DNA of 64,000 nucleotides from a plasmid: NCBI RefSeq assembly GCF_053078305.1, contig NZ_CP166875.1; one strand, 5' to 3'. Shown piece by piece: positions 1 to 9,560 of this stretch (position 1 is its first letter; each line of letters starts with the position of its first letter). The notes under the pieces were generated by a model. It saw only the letters and a program-made list of their open reading frames with translations, ran no database searches and was not told where the DNA came from. The position numbers and the translations under genes were made by a program.

Positions 1-359
1 ACGCAATCCTCAACAAAGGCGAAAGCCGCCATGCACTTGCCCGCGCTATTTTTCTTCACCAACTGGGCGAATTCCGGAACAGGGCTGCCGAGACAATGGC
101 TCACAGGGCATCGGGCCTCAACCTTGTTGTTAATGCAATAATTCTGTGGAACACGGTCTATCTCAGTCGGGCTGTTGATTACATTCGCAGCCAAGGAATC
201 ATTATACCGGAAGAGCTTTTGTCCAGTGTATCACCACTACCATGGGGTCATATCTCGCTCACTGGAGATTACCTGTGGAACGAAATTGACCATCCCCTTG
301 AACGATACAGGCCACTTCGTACTAATCGCTTCAATCCAAAGAACTTCACTTTTCCTTAG
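1..359 (+). CDS. tnpA: Tn3-family transposase TnpA, C-terminal fragment (5' end lies upstream of the window)
   Basis: Reading frame is open from position 1 to the stop at 357-359; the translated C-terminus (LNLVVNAIILWNTVYL...ISLTGDYLWNE) resembles Tn3/Tn1000-type TnpA C-termini; a terminal-IR-like sequence follows. Confidence 0.7.
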   Translation, partial: AILNKGESRHALARAIFLHQLGEFRNRAAETMAHRASGLNLVVNAIILWNTVYLSRAVDYIRSQGIIIPEELLSSVSPLPWGHISLTGDYLWNEIDHPLERYRPLRTNRFNPKNFTFP

Positions 360-392
360 CGTGTATTATCGCAGAAATGCCCACGGAACCCC
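354..392. mobile_element. Terminal inverted repeat (about 38 bp) of a Tn3-family transposon; transposon body extends leftward out of the window
   Basis: Sequence ccttagcgtgtattatcgcagaaatgcccacggaacccc matches the Tn3-family IR pattern CCTTA.CGT...AACCCC at multiple positions and overlaps the tnpA stop. Confidence 0.5.
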
Positions 393-601
393 TTGATGGG
401 GAGCTTATGGGGCATTTCCTGGGGATGTGCAATGTGGTTTATCTACTGGGGGCCGTCAGGAATGGTGGCAGGTGAGGCCATTATTATAAGTATCACGGGT
501 GGTTTTTTGTTCGGACTGCTCACGGCCTCTTTCCACTGGTGGCGCAGGAAAGTTAACCGGCTGCCACCATGGGATGATGTGTAAACCGTGCAGGCATGTT
601 T

Positions 602-1192
602 TTACGGGGTGATGCTTTCATTAACCTGCACACGAACCTCCATTCCTGCATCGTGACAGGCCTGCAGCCACTGCGCCACTTCCAGCGGATCGCCCTCCCG
701 GCGTACCACCCTGCCTTCTCTGTTCCATAACTGCAGACAGGTGCTGCCGTCGAGACGTACCACAAAATCCCCACGGCAGGCCTGATACGTTATGCCGTTC
801 AGCTGCACCGCCAGATCAGTGGCAGAAGTGCCGTCTGCGGGCAGACCTGCTGCCGGGATCAGCGGCAGTACGACGACTTCTGCCGCACGCTGTTCTGCCC
901 GGAGGCGGTCCTGTTCTGCCAGCAGCAGAGGCTGTGCCACGGCCCGGCCGGCGTCCGTCAGCTCCACTGCCAGCTGCAGGTTCGGAGCGCGCAGGGTACG
1001 CAGCCAGCCGGCATCCTCCAGACGACGGCAGGAGGCGCGCAGGTTTGGCCCGTAGACCGGGGCTTCCCCGCTTCGCTCCAGCACCCGTTCTATGTCCCGC
1101 GTCAGCACGGGGCCTGGCCGTTTTTCATCAAGGGCAGCCAGCACAATCAGCACTCTCCGCTGCAGTGGCGACGGTCGGCGGCTCTGGGTCAT
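602..1192 (-). CDS. Hypothetical protein, 196 aa, possible N-terminal winged-helix DNA-binding domain
   Basis: Long ORF in GC-rich DNA; start codon overlaps stop of upstream 85-aa ORF (ATGA at 1189-1192), implying translational coupling. Confidence 0.6.
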   Translation of the reverse strand: MTQSRRPSPLQRRVLIVLAALDEKRPGPVLTRDIERVLERSGEAPVYGPNLRASCRRLEDAGWLRTLRAPNLQLAVELTDAGRAVAQPLLLAEQDRLRAEQRAAEVVVLPLIPAAGLPADGTSATDLAVQLNGITYQACRGDFVVRLDGSTCLQLWNREGRVVRREGDPLEVAQWLQACHDAGMEVRVQVNESITP

Positions 1193-1449
1193 TACCAGTC
1201 ATCCTCCGGCCAGATGAGGTTTCTGAGGCGCTGAAAGTCGGCGTCAATGAGCTCCTGTCTCTTTATGGCATTCATTGAGGCATAGCCATTTATGGCCAGT
1301 TCATGCCAGAAGATCAGCACGGCTCCAGCTTTGGCTGACTCGCAGAGATAAATCGCGCCCTGGCTGTCCAGATTGCATTCCCGGATGCGTTTTTCCGCAA
1401 ACCGGGTCAGTTGTTCATAACTGAGTGAAAACACCCTTTCTTCATCCAT
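1192..1449 (-). CDS. Hypothetical protein, 85 aa, first gene of a two-gene operon
   Basis: ORF with overlapping stop/start to the downstream 196-aa ORF; AT-rich promoter-like region with palindromes lies immediately upstream (1450-1610). Confidence 0.55.
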   Translation of the reverse strand: MDEERVFSLSYEQLTRFAEKRIRECNLDSQGAIYLCESAKAGAVLIFWHELAINGYASMNAIKRQELIDADFQRLRNLIWPEDDW

Positions 1450-1524
1450 CCTGCGCGCTCCATCTGATAATGTTCTGACAGGTAAAAATCAAATTCTATA
1501 TGATTTTTGTGTTATCGATTTATG

Positions 1525-1670
1525 ATAATATCAGATATTGTTTCATTACTTATGATTGAAGTCATATCTGATATGAATTTATGTGTGTTACTTAATTATC
1601 ATATCCCCTGCCCGTTTCCCGCCGCGCAGATCCGGTTTCCGGCTTTCCCGCCGCGCAGATCCGGTTTCCG
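1525..1670. promoter_or_regulatory. Putative promoter/operator region: inverted repeat ATATCAGATAT/ATATCTGATAT and a tandem about 30-bp direct repeat (cccgccgcgcagatccggtttccggct x2)
   Basis: Direct reading of the sequence between the divergent 85-aa operon and the resD module. Confidence 0.4.
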
Positions 1671-2045
1671 GCTGTTCAGGATCTTCCTCTCCCCCCACAC
1701 AACGCCACCTCCCGTCATCACAACATGTGGTGCCGGATTCAGCTGCTGATGACACTATATGTTGTGTCATCTCCCTGACCTGTGATGCGTCGCGCAGGGG
1801 CGGAAAACAGCGATATGATGATTTCCTCAGCGTGGTACACTTCCGGAAAGTTGTGATATTCCGGAAAGTCGGATCTGACGGAAACGGCTCTCCGGTAATT
1901 TAACGGCGTGGTTATATGGATGCTTGTTATCATGGTGATGATGATAACGGCATGATGTTATCAGACGGCGTGACGGTAAGGGCAGTGATGATGGATGACG
2001 TTATCGCATGACCGTCCCTGCCCGGAAAAGAAAAAGGAGTCACCC

Positions 2046-2459
2046 ATGTTTTTTATTGAGAATGAAGGTCAGGCTGTCGCCGGAACGGATTACTGGCAGT
2101 CTGTACAGGCGCAGGCCGGATATGTCTACCTCAGCTGGAATGCCGGCGCAGCCAGGCTGCTTGTCCCGGATGCGGCAAAACATTTACTCAGGGAGATGCG
2201 GGGGGCTGAGTACGTCATCATCAGTAAGGGAACGCTGCATGGCCGCGATGCGCTGGAACTGGTATTTGAAGACGGCAGCGATGCGCCGTTTGTGATCCAC
2301 ATGCTGAGTGAGCAGTGCGATCGCCTGCTCCCCGAAAACAACCAGGGAGGGGGTTTTGTTGTCACCGTCTGGACGCGTGGCGGTAACCAGCTCCGTTATC
2401 CGGGAAAGTACCGTGTTGTGGAAAACCTGCCCGACGTTTCCCCGTGGAGTGAACACTGA
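2046..2459 (+). CDS. Hypothetical protein, 137 aa, immediately upstream of and probably co-transcribed with resD
   Basis: ORF 1995..2459 with a better start at ATG 2046 preceded by AAGGAG; stop is 1 nt before the resD start. Confidence 0.6.
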   Translation: MFFIENEGQAVAGTDYWQSVQAQAGYVYLSWNAGAARLLVPDAAKHLLREMRGAEYVIISKGTLHGRDALELVFEDGSDAPFVIHMLSEQCDRLLPENNQGGGFVVTVWTRGGNQLRYPGKYRVVENLPDVSPWSEH

Positions 2460-2460
2460 T

Positions 2461-3243
2461 ATGCAGCACCTGCCGGCACCGATCCACCATGCCCGGGATG
2501 TCGCTCAGCTTCCTGTTGCCATCGATTATCCGGCAGCGCTGGCACTCCGCCAGATGTCGATGGTTCATGATGAACTGCCAAAATACCTGCTGGCCCCTGA
2601 AGTGAGCGCCCTGCTCCATTACGTCCCGGATCTGCGCCGCAAGATGCTGCTGGCCACACTGTGGAACACCGGTGCGCGCATTAATGAAGCACTGGCGCTG
2701 ACGCGGGGGGATTTTTCGCTCACGCCCCCGTATCCGTTTGTGCAGCTGGCTACTCTGAAGCAGCGGACAGAAAAAGCCGCCAGGACGGCAGGAAGAATGC
2801 CAGCCGGTCAGCAGACTCACCGGCTGGTTCCGCTCTCCGACTCCTGGTACGTCAGCCAGCTGCAGACGATGGTGGCCACACTGAAAATCCCCATGGAACG
2901 GCGTAATAAACGAACAGGCAGGACAGAGAAAGCGCGGATCTGGGAAGTGACGGACAGAACGGTCAGGACCTGGATTGGGGAAGCGGTTGCCGCCGCTGCC
3001 GCTGATGGTGTGACGTTCTCTGTCCCGGTCACGCCACATACGTTCCGCCATTCCTATGCGATGCACATGCTGTATGCCGGTATACCGCTGAAGGTCCTGC
3101 AGAGCCTGATGGGGCATAAGTCCATCAGCTCAACGGAGGTCTACACGAAGGTGTTTGCACTGGATGTGGCTGCCCGGCACCGGGTGCAGTTTTTGATGCC
3201 TGAGTCCGATGCTGTCACAATGCTGAAAAACAGGCAGGCATAA
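2461..3243 (+). CDS. resD: Tyrosine site-specific recombinase (plasmid multimer resolvase, ResD-like)
   Basis: Translation from ATG 2461 (MQHLPAPIHH...) has the integrase-family C-terminal catalytic region (HTFRHSYAMHMLYAGIPLKVLQSLMGHKSISSTEVYTKV); the in-frame upstream extension listed in the ORF track is probably not translated. Confidence 0.85.
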   Translation: MQHLPAPIHHARDVAQLPVAIDYPAALALRQMSMVHDELPKYLLAPEVSALLHYVPDLRRKMLLATLWNTGARINEALALTRGDFSLTPPYPFVQLATLKQRTEKAARTAGRMPAGQQTHRLVPLSDSWYVSQLQTMVATLKIPMERRNKRTGRTEKARIWEVTDRTVRTWIGEAVAAAAADGVTFSVPVTPHTFRHSYAMHMLYAGIPLKVLQSLMGHKSISSTEVYTKVFALDVAARHRVQFLMPESDAVTMLKNRQA

Positions 3244-3412
3244 ATCATAATTATGAATTGTGATTTCTTCTATAAAAAAGAGACCACTGCAATATGTGAT
3301 CTCTTGTATTATTTCATAATTGTTAAAGCCACTTCACAGTATGCTCATATTGTACGGATATATTCGTAATGTTTTTTTATATCGAATGAACGACAGAAGT
3401 TGTGGAGATTTT

Positions 3413-3766
3413 ATGAAAGTAATTAGCATGAAATTTATTTTTATTTTAACGATTATTGCTCTTGCTGCTGTTTTTTTCTGGCCTGAAGATAAAGGTCTGG
3501 CATGCTATCAGGTCAGCGATGAACAGGCCAGAACGTTTGTAAAAAATGATTACCTGCAAAGAATGAAACGCTGGGACAACGATGTACAACTTCTTGGTAC
3601 AGAAATCCCGAAAATTACATGGGAAAAGATTGAGAGAAGTTTAACAGATGTTGAAGATGAAAAAACACTTCTTGTCCCATTTAAAGCTGAAGGCCCGGAG
3701 GGTAAGAGAATGTATTATGGCATGTACCATTGTGAGGAGGAATATGTTGAATATGCGAATGACTAA
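3413..3766 (+). CDS. cmi: Colicin M immunity protein (117 aa)
   Basis: Starts MKVISMKFIFILTIIALAAVFFWPEDKGL (N-terminal membrane anchor); convergent with and directly downstream of cma, as in pColBM plasmids; low GC. Confidence 0.85.
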   Translation: MKVISMKFIFILTIIALAAVFFWPEDKGLACYQVSDEQARTFVKNDYLQRMKRWDNDVQLLGTEIPKITWEKIERSLTDVEDEKTLLVPFKAEGPEGKRMYYGMYHCEEEYVEYAND

Positions 3767-3815
3767 TACACTGCTATAAAGGCTGCATAAAAAGGCCGGA
3801 ACCCCGGCCCTTATA

Positions 3816-4631
3816 TTATCGCTTACCACTTTCTTTAATGTGAATTTCACCAGGAAGCAGTATCTGGTACTCTTTACCAGAAAACATCGCCCCGAGCCTT
3901 GTGAGCGACTCTCCGATAATGCCACGGTGAGTGCTGGCGTTAAAATCGTATTTATCATCATATGAACGAACAACGCCATTGTAAGTCCAGGAGCCATTGG
4001 CAGAGATAGTTAAAGTACCTTCTGTTTTCAGTGTGATATTACCAAGATATGCACCGGTAATAACATTATAATCACCAGTGGCATGTGTGAACTTTGTAGA
4101 AACAGGGAATGTACCTACTACACCAGATTTTATAATGTCTTTTATCTGATTAATTTTCATAGGGGAAATTTTAAGACCAATGTTGGCGATATTAACGCTC
4201 CTTTCAGCGCCATTACCCCATAAATAGTGAGCAAGCGCCACAATTGGTGTAGTGACATTACCGCTCATTTGTTTCATATTCATTGAGCGATAGTCATATT
4301 GACTTGGCGCTGGTTTTGCGAAGTGGTAAGCGTCATAAACGCTTATTCCAGGGTGAAGAACCAGATTTCGGTCGGCGTTACAGAAGTAACCAATATTTGT
4401 CGATATAATCTGCAATGTGAGAGGGTTGCTGGCCCCATGTTTTTTGATGTAATCCTCAAGTTGAGTTAAAGCCTGAAGACACATGTTTGGACTCTGGAAA
4501 AAACTATAAACAACCTGGACTAAAAGAGGGCCAGCACCAGGCACATGTGGTGCTGAAAGAGAAAATGCACCATTGCCATAACTTGGTAAGTTAGTTGATG
4601 GTGATGGTGCATGAACAGTTAAGGTTTCCAT
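3816..4631 (-). CDS. cma: Colicin M (271 aa), TonB-box ETLTV at N-terminus
   Basis: Translation from internal Met: METLTVHAPSPSTNLPSYGNGAFSLSAPHVPGAGPLL...KESGKR, recognised as colicin M; 271 aa. Confidence 0.93.
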   Translation of the reverse strand: METLTVHAPSPSTNLPSYGNGAFSLSAPHVPGAGPLLVQVVYSFFQSPNMCLQALTQLEDYIKKHGASNPLTLQIISTNIGYFCNADRNLVLHPGISVYDAYHFAKPAPSQYDYRSMNMKQMSGNVTTPIVALAHYLWGNGAERSVNIANIGLKISPMKINQIKDIIKSGVVGTFPVSTKFTHATGDYNVITGAYLGNITLKTEGTLTISANGSWTYNGVVRSYDDKYDFNASTHRGIIGESLTRLGAMFSGKEYQILLPGEIHIKESGKR

Positions 4632-4874
4632 ACATAACTCCTTATAAGTTAACAAGATAACAGAGTTCGCCGCTGGCTAACGCCTCCGCCGGCGAACAAA
4701 CCCCATGAGAGAGGCTCCCCATAACATTGTTTGCCTGATATGCCGTTAAAAATGGTAGGGCAGCTCCTGAACTACCATATATAAGATATATATCTGTACA
4801 CCCCATTAAATACTGGAAATATATTGAGAACTCTGATATATAATCTATATATAAAAATACAAAAAGGTATATAT

Positions 4875-5402
4875 ATGACCAGCAATAAAGATAAGAACAA
4901 GAAAGCAAACGAAATATTATATGCATTTTCCATAATCGGGATTATTCCATTAATGGCTATATTAATACTTCGAATAAATAATCCATATTCTCAAGTGCTG
5001 TGCTACTTATATAATAAGGTGGCATTTCTCCCTTCTATTACATCATTGTATGATCCCGTCATGACAACACTTATGTCAAACTACAACAAGACAGCACCAG
5101 TTATGGGTATTCTCGTTTTTCTTTGCACATATAAGACAAGAGAAATCATAAAGCCAGTAACAAGAAAACTTGTTGTGCAATCCTGTTTCTGGGGGCCCGT
5201 TTTTTATGCCATTCTGATTTATATCACACTGTTCTATAATCTGGAACTAACAACAGCAGGTGGTTTTTTTAAATTATTATCTCATAATGTCATCACTCTG
5301 TTTATTTTATATTGCTCCATTTACTTTACTGTTTTAACCATGACATATGCGATTTTACTGATGCCATTGCTTGTCATTAAATATTTTAAAGGGAGGCAGT
5401 AA
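4875..5402 (+). CDS. cbi: Colicin B immunity protein (175 aa, polytopic inner-membrane protein)
   Basis: Starts MTSNKDKNKKANEILYAFSIIGIIPLMAILIL; hydrophobic; located between cba and cma in opposite orientation, as in pColBM. Confidence 0.88.
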   Translation: MTSNKDKNKKANEILYAFSIIGIIPLMAILILRINNPYSQVLCYLYNKVAFLPSITSLYDPVMTTLMSNYNKTAPVMGILVFLCTYKTREIIKPVTRKLVVQSCFWGPVFYAILIYITLFYNLELTTAGGFFKLLSHNVITLFILYCSIYFTVLTMTYAILLMPLLVIKYFKGRQ

Positions 5403-5419
5403 CACTGCCTTCCTTTTAA

Positions 5420-6955
5420 TTATTTTATGATCTTGTGATTCAACTCATCAACAAATTTATCATCGATAAATGCACCAATAGCACCTGCAATAACTACGCC
5501 AACAAAACCAACAACTGTGGCCGAAAGACCAAAGGCTATAAGGGCCGAGCCTAATGTGAAAGAAAACAAACTAAGAGCTACAGCAGATGCCATCCCACTG
5601 ATAACCCAGGACTCGACTTCCAGCATTAATGGCCCCCAGTTACCAGTCTGGTAACCCTCAATACTCTTCTCCCTGATGTTGTTTGCCTTTATTGCATAAT
5701 CTGCTGCTTTGAACGTCTTACCCAACGCAGCAAATTTATTCCCCATATCCTCAGCATTAAATGCTTTCCACGCATTCACAATGGCTTCTTTGTCCGTTGC
5801 ATTTATTTTAAGGCTGGGGTTAGCCATTAACTTATTAATGGAAGACATTGCATCATCATAACTACGAATCGTTTTTCCCTGAAAATTATTTATATTCTCT
5901 GCAATTTCACGGGAAAGCGCCTTGTATTTATCTCCAAGATATTCCCCGACTTTGTCACCGACACTAATGATGACCTCGCTGGTTTTTGTCAGGACCGTCT
6001 TCTCATCATTTTCTTGTTCTTTCTTGACTCTGAAGTCATCCTTTGCGTTATTTTCGGCTTCCTGGCGCTGGCTTAAACTATTACTGTCCAGAATCTCCAC
6101 GGCTGAAATATATAGCGGAGAAACTCCACTGCCTTCAGGAAAACGGACAATGACATCATGATTATTACTGGACATCGTATAACCAGCCTCAACATAATTC
6201 CCTGTCTCAGAAATAACGCCATCTTCCTGGATTTCGGGATTAGACCGAACTGGAGTATTCATCTGACCCACACTTAATACCAGGTCCGGTAGATTTGGTG
6301 ATACAGGGGCACTGTAAACATCTTTAATATTGGTTCCCGGACGACTCCGGTCCGGAACTGGAACGGCATCCACTACTGGCACTGTCATCGGAATACCTCC
6401 GATAATAGCCATATATTGTGTACCATTCTGCATAAGGTCCGTCAGACGATATTTTACCGGTACATTATTACCCGCTGCTGGTAACTGGCTGGCAGGGATA
6501 TCCGTTACCTGCTCCAGTTGCTGTGTAACCATAAGACGAATAATTTTTTGCTCATTTCCGGAAGCAGGCTCCAGACGGGCAAAAGAAACAGCAGCCGGGC
6601 GAGACGGTTCTGGCAAACCACCACGTAAACCATTTTCAAGAACTGTTCGTGCAGCGGAAACTTTCTCGTTTCCCCAGGGGCTATGCACACTGACAGACCA
6701 TCCCGACCAGTCTCCCTCTTCAAGTTCCTTATCAAGAATAATCCGGCGAATAATTCCAGGAAAAAGAACACTTTGTACAAGTGCGATACCTTGTGGGCTG
6801 TAATCCCCCCATCCCGGAGGCATGGATGGAGCGAGACCTGATGAGCCTCCGGGTTTCACATCACCGCCCGGAATTCGTCCTGTTGACGGCCACACAACCA
6901 TTGTGTCCCCGTAATCAATACCTTCTGTCGGTACACTACCTTCATTATCACTCAT
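5420..6955 (-). CDS. cba: Colicin B (511 aa), pore-forming colicin with TonB box DTMVV
   Basis: Translation from internal Met MSDNEGSVPTEGIDYGDTMVVWP...; C-terminal hydrophobic hairpin (ASAVALSLFSFTLGSALIAFGLSATVVGFVGVVIAG) typical of pore-forming colicins. Confidence 0.93.
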   Translation of the reverse strand: MSDNEGSVPTEGIDYGDTMVVWPSTGRIPGGDVKPGGSSGLAPSMPPGWGDYSPQGIALVQSVLFPGIIRRIILDKELEEGDWSGWSVSVHSPWGNEKVSAARTVLENGLRGGLPEPSRPAAVSFARLEPASGNEQKIIRLMVTQQLEQVTDIPASQLPAAGNNVPVKYRLTDLMQNGTQYMAIIGGIPMTVPVVDAVPVPDRSRPGTNIKDVYSAPVSPNLPDLVLSVGQMNTPVRSNPEIQEDGVISETGNYVEAGYTMSSNNHDVIVRFPEGSGVSPLYISAVEILDSNSLSQRQEAENNAKDDFRVKKEQENDEKTVLTKTSEVIISVGDKVGEYLGDKYKALSREIAENINNFQGKTIRSYDDAMSSINKLMANPSLKINATDKEAIVNAWKAFNAEDMGNKFAALGKTFKAADYAIKANNIREKSIEGYQTGNWGPLMLEVESWVISGMASAVALSLFSFTLGSALIAFGLSATVVGFVGVVIAGAIGAFIDDKFVDELNHKIIK

Positions 6956-6997
6956 AGAAAACATCTTTGACTTTAAAAACAATCAATTAAAATTAAA

Positions 6998-7029
6998 TAC
7001 TGTACATATAACCACTGGTTTTATGTACA
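6998..7029 (-). promoter_or_regulatory. Putative overlapping LexA (SOS) boxes in the colicin B promoter
   Basis: Sequence (cba coding orientation) CTGTACATAAAACCAGTGGTTATATGTACAG contains two CTGT-N8-ACAG-like motifs about 40 bp upstream of the cba start. Confidence 0.55.
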
Positions 7030-7395
7030 GATCAAAAATTACGCCGCTGTGTTTTCTCTGTCAAGACTGTGGATTTCAATTTTTGTGAAAACGATCAAAA
7101 AACAGGCATTCACACCACGTGCTATTCTCGCCTGATACCACAAAAAACGGCACAGGCATAACTGTTCTCTGGCCTCAGCATGTTTTAATGAAACTATGAT
7201 ATGAGACACCTGGGGGGATACTGTCACTTTATGGCATGGTACACATCGTGATATGTGTACAGGCCTTGTTAGTTACCGTACCGGTCAGGACGGACGACGG
7301 GAGTTTGAAACCAGTGAGTTGTTCTGTACTGGCGTGTTTTATAATGAAATCCTTATCGGTGGCGATGAGCAATGCTCTCAAGGGAGGATATTGTG

Positions 7396-7908
7396 ATGAA
7401 CATAAGTGTGGAAGATTTGTTTCCGGAGTCATTTCAACGAATTAAAGAAGAAGAAGAAGCGAACAGGCCTGATCCTAACTGGTTTGCACATTTACCGCCT
7501 GAAAAAATCAATGCGTATATGTCCAAGTATCCTTTCAAATCCTTTGATGATATTCCTCTGGACAACAGTGGGTTGCAATACCCTTCACTACAGGAACTGG
7601 AGTTTTATTTTCCCCCGGCGGCCCTGGCTGCTAATTGCCATCAACTTCCTGAGAGAATGAGACAAAAGCCTGTGGTCACGATGATTAATGGGTTAACCCT
7701 GTTAAGGTCGCTTGGCGTTCAGGCTTTCAATATCGATCCACGCCGATGGCACAAAATTAAAACCTATTTAAGTCAAGGAACGATTGAATATCCACAAATG
7801 TCCGAAGACGGGAAAGTAATTATAGATGGCAGGCATAGAATACTACTTATTATGCAGATTTATAAAGTAACTGATGTTCCCGTTTTTTTTCTGAAAGGAA
7901 TAAGCTGA
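7396..7908 (+). CDS. Hypothetical protein (170 aa) with a ParB/Srx-like DGRHR motif near the C-terminus
   Basis: ORF with RBS GGGAGG 8 nt upstream of ATG 7396; motif VIIDGRHRI resembles the ParB-like nuclease/sulfiredoxin fold signature; low-GC context next to the colicin island. Confidence 0.55.
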   Translation: MNISVEDLFPESFQRIKEEEEANRPDPNWFAHLPPEKINAYMSKYPFKSFDDIPLDNSGLQYPSLQELEFYFPPAALAANCHQLPERMRQKPVVTMINGLTLLRSLGVQAFNIDPRRWHKIKTYLSQGTIEYPQMSEDGKVIIDGRHRILLIMQIYKVTDVPVFFLKGIS

Positions 7909-8058
7909 ACAGTGCAAAGGGTAAAGCTATACTGATTTTTAGACTGTGATTTGTTACGTAGAAATAACTTGTCAGATGTAATCTGTACATAGCTAAAAAA
8001 TAGGTTTGTTGATACCTTTACCCCGTTTATGGGGGTAAAGATATCAATAAAAATTTAA

Positions 8059-8412
8059 TCAGTTTATTAACTTCATCGCGTTTTTTTTTGTCTCTTCATC
8101 ACTTCTTTGCTCCTGTTGTGAAGAGGGTTGAGTGATTGTTGAAGAATTAAAATCAGCCATCTCTTTTGGAAATAGTGATCTCAATATATTCACGATATCT
8201 GAAAATGTGGTTTCTTTCGTCAGCAGTTCACATAAAAGGAAAGGGGCCCTGGGGTCTTGTCTGTATAAGGCCAGACCTGCCGTCAGTGCGGCCCGGTTAA
8301 GGCGGCTGCGTTCCCCTTGCGGGATACTGTCCAGTGTATCACAAACAATTTTATCTGTTTGATTTACATCTGGATTTAGTTTGAAGGCAATGGTTCTGCG
8401 CTTGTCCATCAT
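8059..8412 (-). CDS. parR: Plasmid partition centromere-binding protein ParR (StbB), 117 aa
   Basis: 117-aa ORF immediately downstream of parM with overlapping start/stop; matches the R1/R100 ParR arrangement. Confidence 0.85.
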   Translation of the reverse strand: MMDKRRTIAFKLNPDVNQTDKIVCDTLDSIPQGERSRLNRAALTAGLALYRQDPRAPFLLCELLTKETTFSDIVNILRSLFPKEMADFNSSTITQPSSQQEQRSDEETKKNAMKLIN

Positions 8413-9374
8413 TAATTACCTATGAGATACATACCGTTAACTAAATCATATTGAGAGTTATTGGTTTTGAAAAAACGTTCATCACGAATCTGTGTGTGTT
8501 TTTTTACTGCATCGCATATTAATTCTGCGCCACCACCTATAACCATAACATGAGTATAACCAGAAAATTCATTGAGCGTATTTAATACACGTTGCTCAAG
8601 TTTACGAAGTGCTTCATTCATTGCTTCGGTGACTATTGATATTTTGTTCTCATCATTAATTCGTTGCTTCAGATAGTTGTTATCTTTTCTGTGAATAATT
8701 ATATCGTCAGCAAGATAGCTACTTCCTTTTGTTCTCGCAAGAGAAAGGGCATCTTTTACTGCAGATGTGACCAGAGATACACCAAGAGATGAGTCTCCGT
8801 ATATTTTGCTGATCCCTGATAATTTACCCATTACCTGAGAAATATCTAATGTGGTCCCCCCGAGATCTATAATTAATAAAGAATCTAACTCATCCAGTTT
8901 TTGTAGAACTTCATAACCTGCCGGTATAGATTCAGGCATGACTTTTACATCTTTTATTGTGAATGTATCCCCACCATTTAATGTAATTTTTTTCCGGAAA
9001 TTTGCTTTTTTACGCTCAATATTTTCCGTATTGGGTTGGTTATTCCTGTCGTAATACTCTGTCAGAGGAAGTGTGCAAACAATATCCACTTCGCTTACCG
9101 GTAGATCACTGGTCAGTAAGGCGTGGTGCACCGCAACGACATTAACGTCGCTGTATTGCCATGCGATATTGGTTGTGACTACAGCATCCGGGCTGATTGG
9201 ATCAAATGAATACTGCTCGCCGTTCAGTGTGTAGTTAAAGACCTTTTTATCACCAAAAGAGACTGCCCACTCGCGTTTGAAGCTGTTCGGGCTAATGTGC
9301 TGTTTAATTGTTCCGTCGTTTTCCTGCCACTGTAGTTTGATGTTTGTTGAACCGTCATCAATGAATACCAACAT
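8412..9374 (-). CDS. parM: Plasmid partition actin-like ATPase ParM (StbA), 320 aa
   Basis: Translation [32 protein letters not shown]... recognised as ParM of R1; actin-fold phosphate motifs ([14 protein letters not shown]). Confidence 0.93.
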   Translation of the reverse strand: MLVFIDDGSTNIKLQWQENDGTIKQHISPNSFKREWAVSFGDKKVFNYTLNGEQYSFDPISPDAVVTTNIAWQYSDVNVVAVHHALLTSDLPVSEVDIVCTLPLTEYYDRNNQPNTENIERKKANFRKKITLNGGDTFTIKDVKVMPESIPAGYEVLQKLDELDSLLIIDLGGTTLDISQVMGKLSGISKIYGDSSLGVSLVTSAVKDALSLARTKGSSYLADDIIIHRKDNNYLKQRINDENKISIVTEAMNEALRKLEQRVLNTLNEFSGYTHVMVIGGGAELICDAVKKHTQIRDERFFKTNNSQYDLVNGMYLIGN

Positions 9375-9560
9375 TTATAAAACTCCTTATGGTGTTTTTG
9401 TGGTGTGTTTTTGGGTGTGCTTTGGGTTTTAAATGGGGTTGTTTGTCAAGTTTACCCCATTTCAACTATCAATCAATGATTACTTGTATTGTTTTTGGTG
9501 TTTATTGGGGTGTTTGTGGGTTGTTTTTGGGTTTTGTTTGGCGAGTAACAAAAGATGTCG
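9375..9560 (-). promoter_or_regulatory. parC: parC centromere/promoter region with iterated GT-rich repeats
   Basis: Region upstream of parM contains many repeats of GTTTTTGG/GGTGTT-type motifs flanking an AT-rich core, as expected for the parC iterons. Confidence 0.6.

Noticed and set aside
393-584. 63-aa ORF immediately after the transposon IR
   Set aside because: Overlaps the IR and the 3' end of the convergent 196-aa gene; no RBS; probably spurious.
4632-4874. TATATA-rich sequence between cma and cbi considered as a separate SOS box for cma
   Set aside because: No convincing CTGT-N8-ACAG match; more likely the cbi promoter or AT-rich spacer, and cma is reported to depend on the cba promoter.
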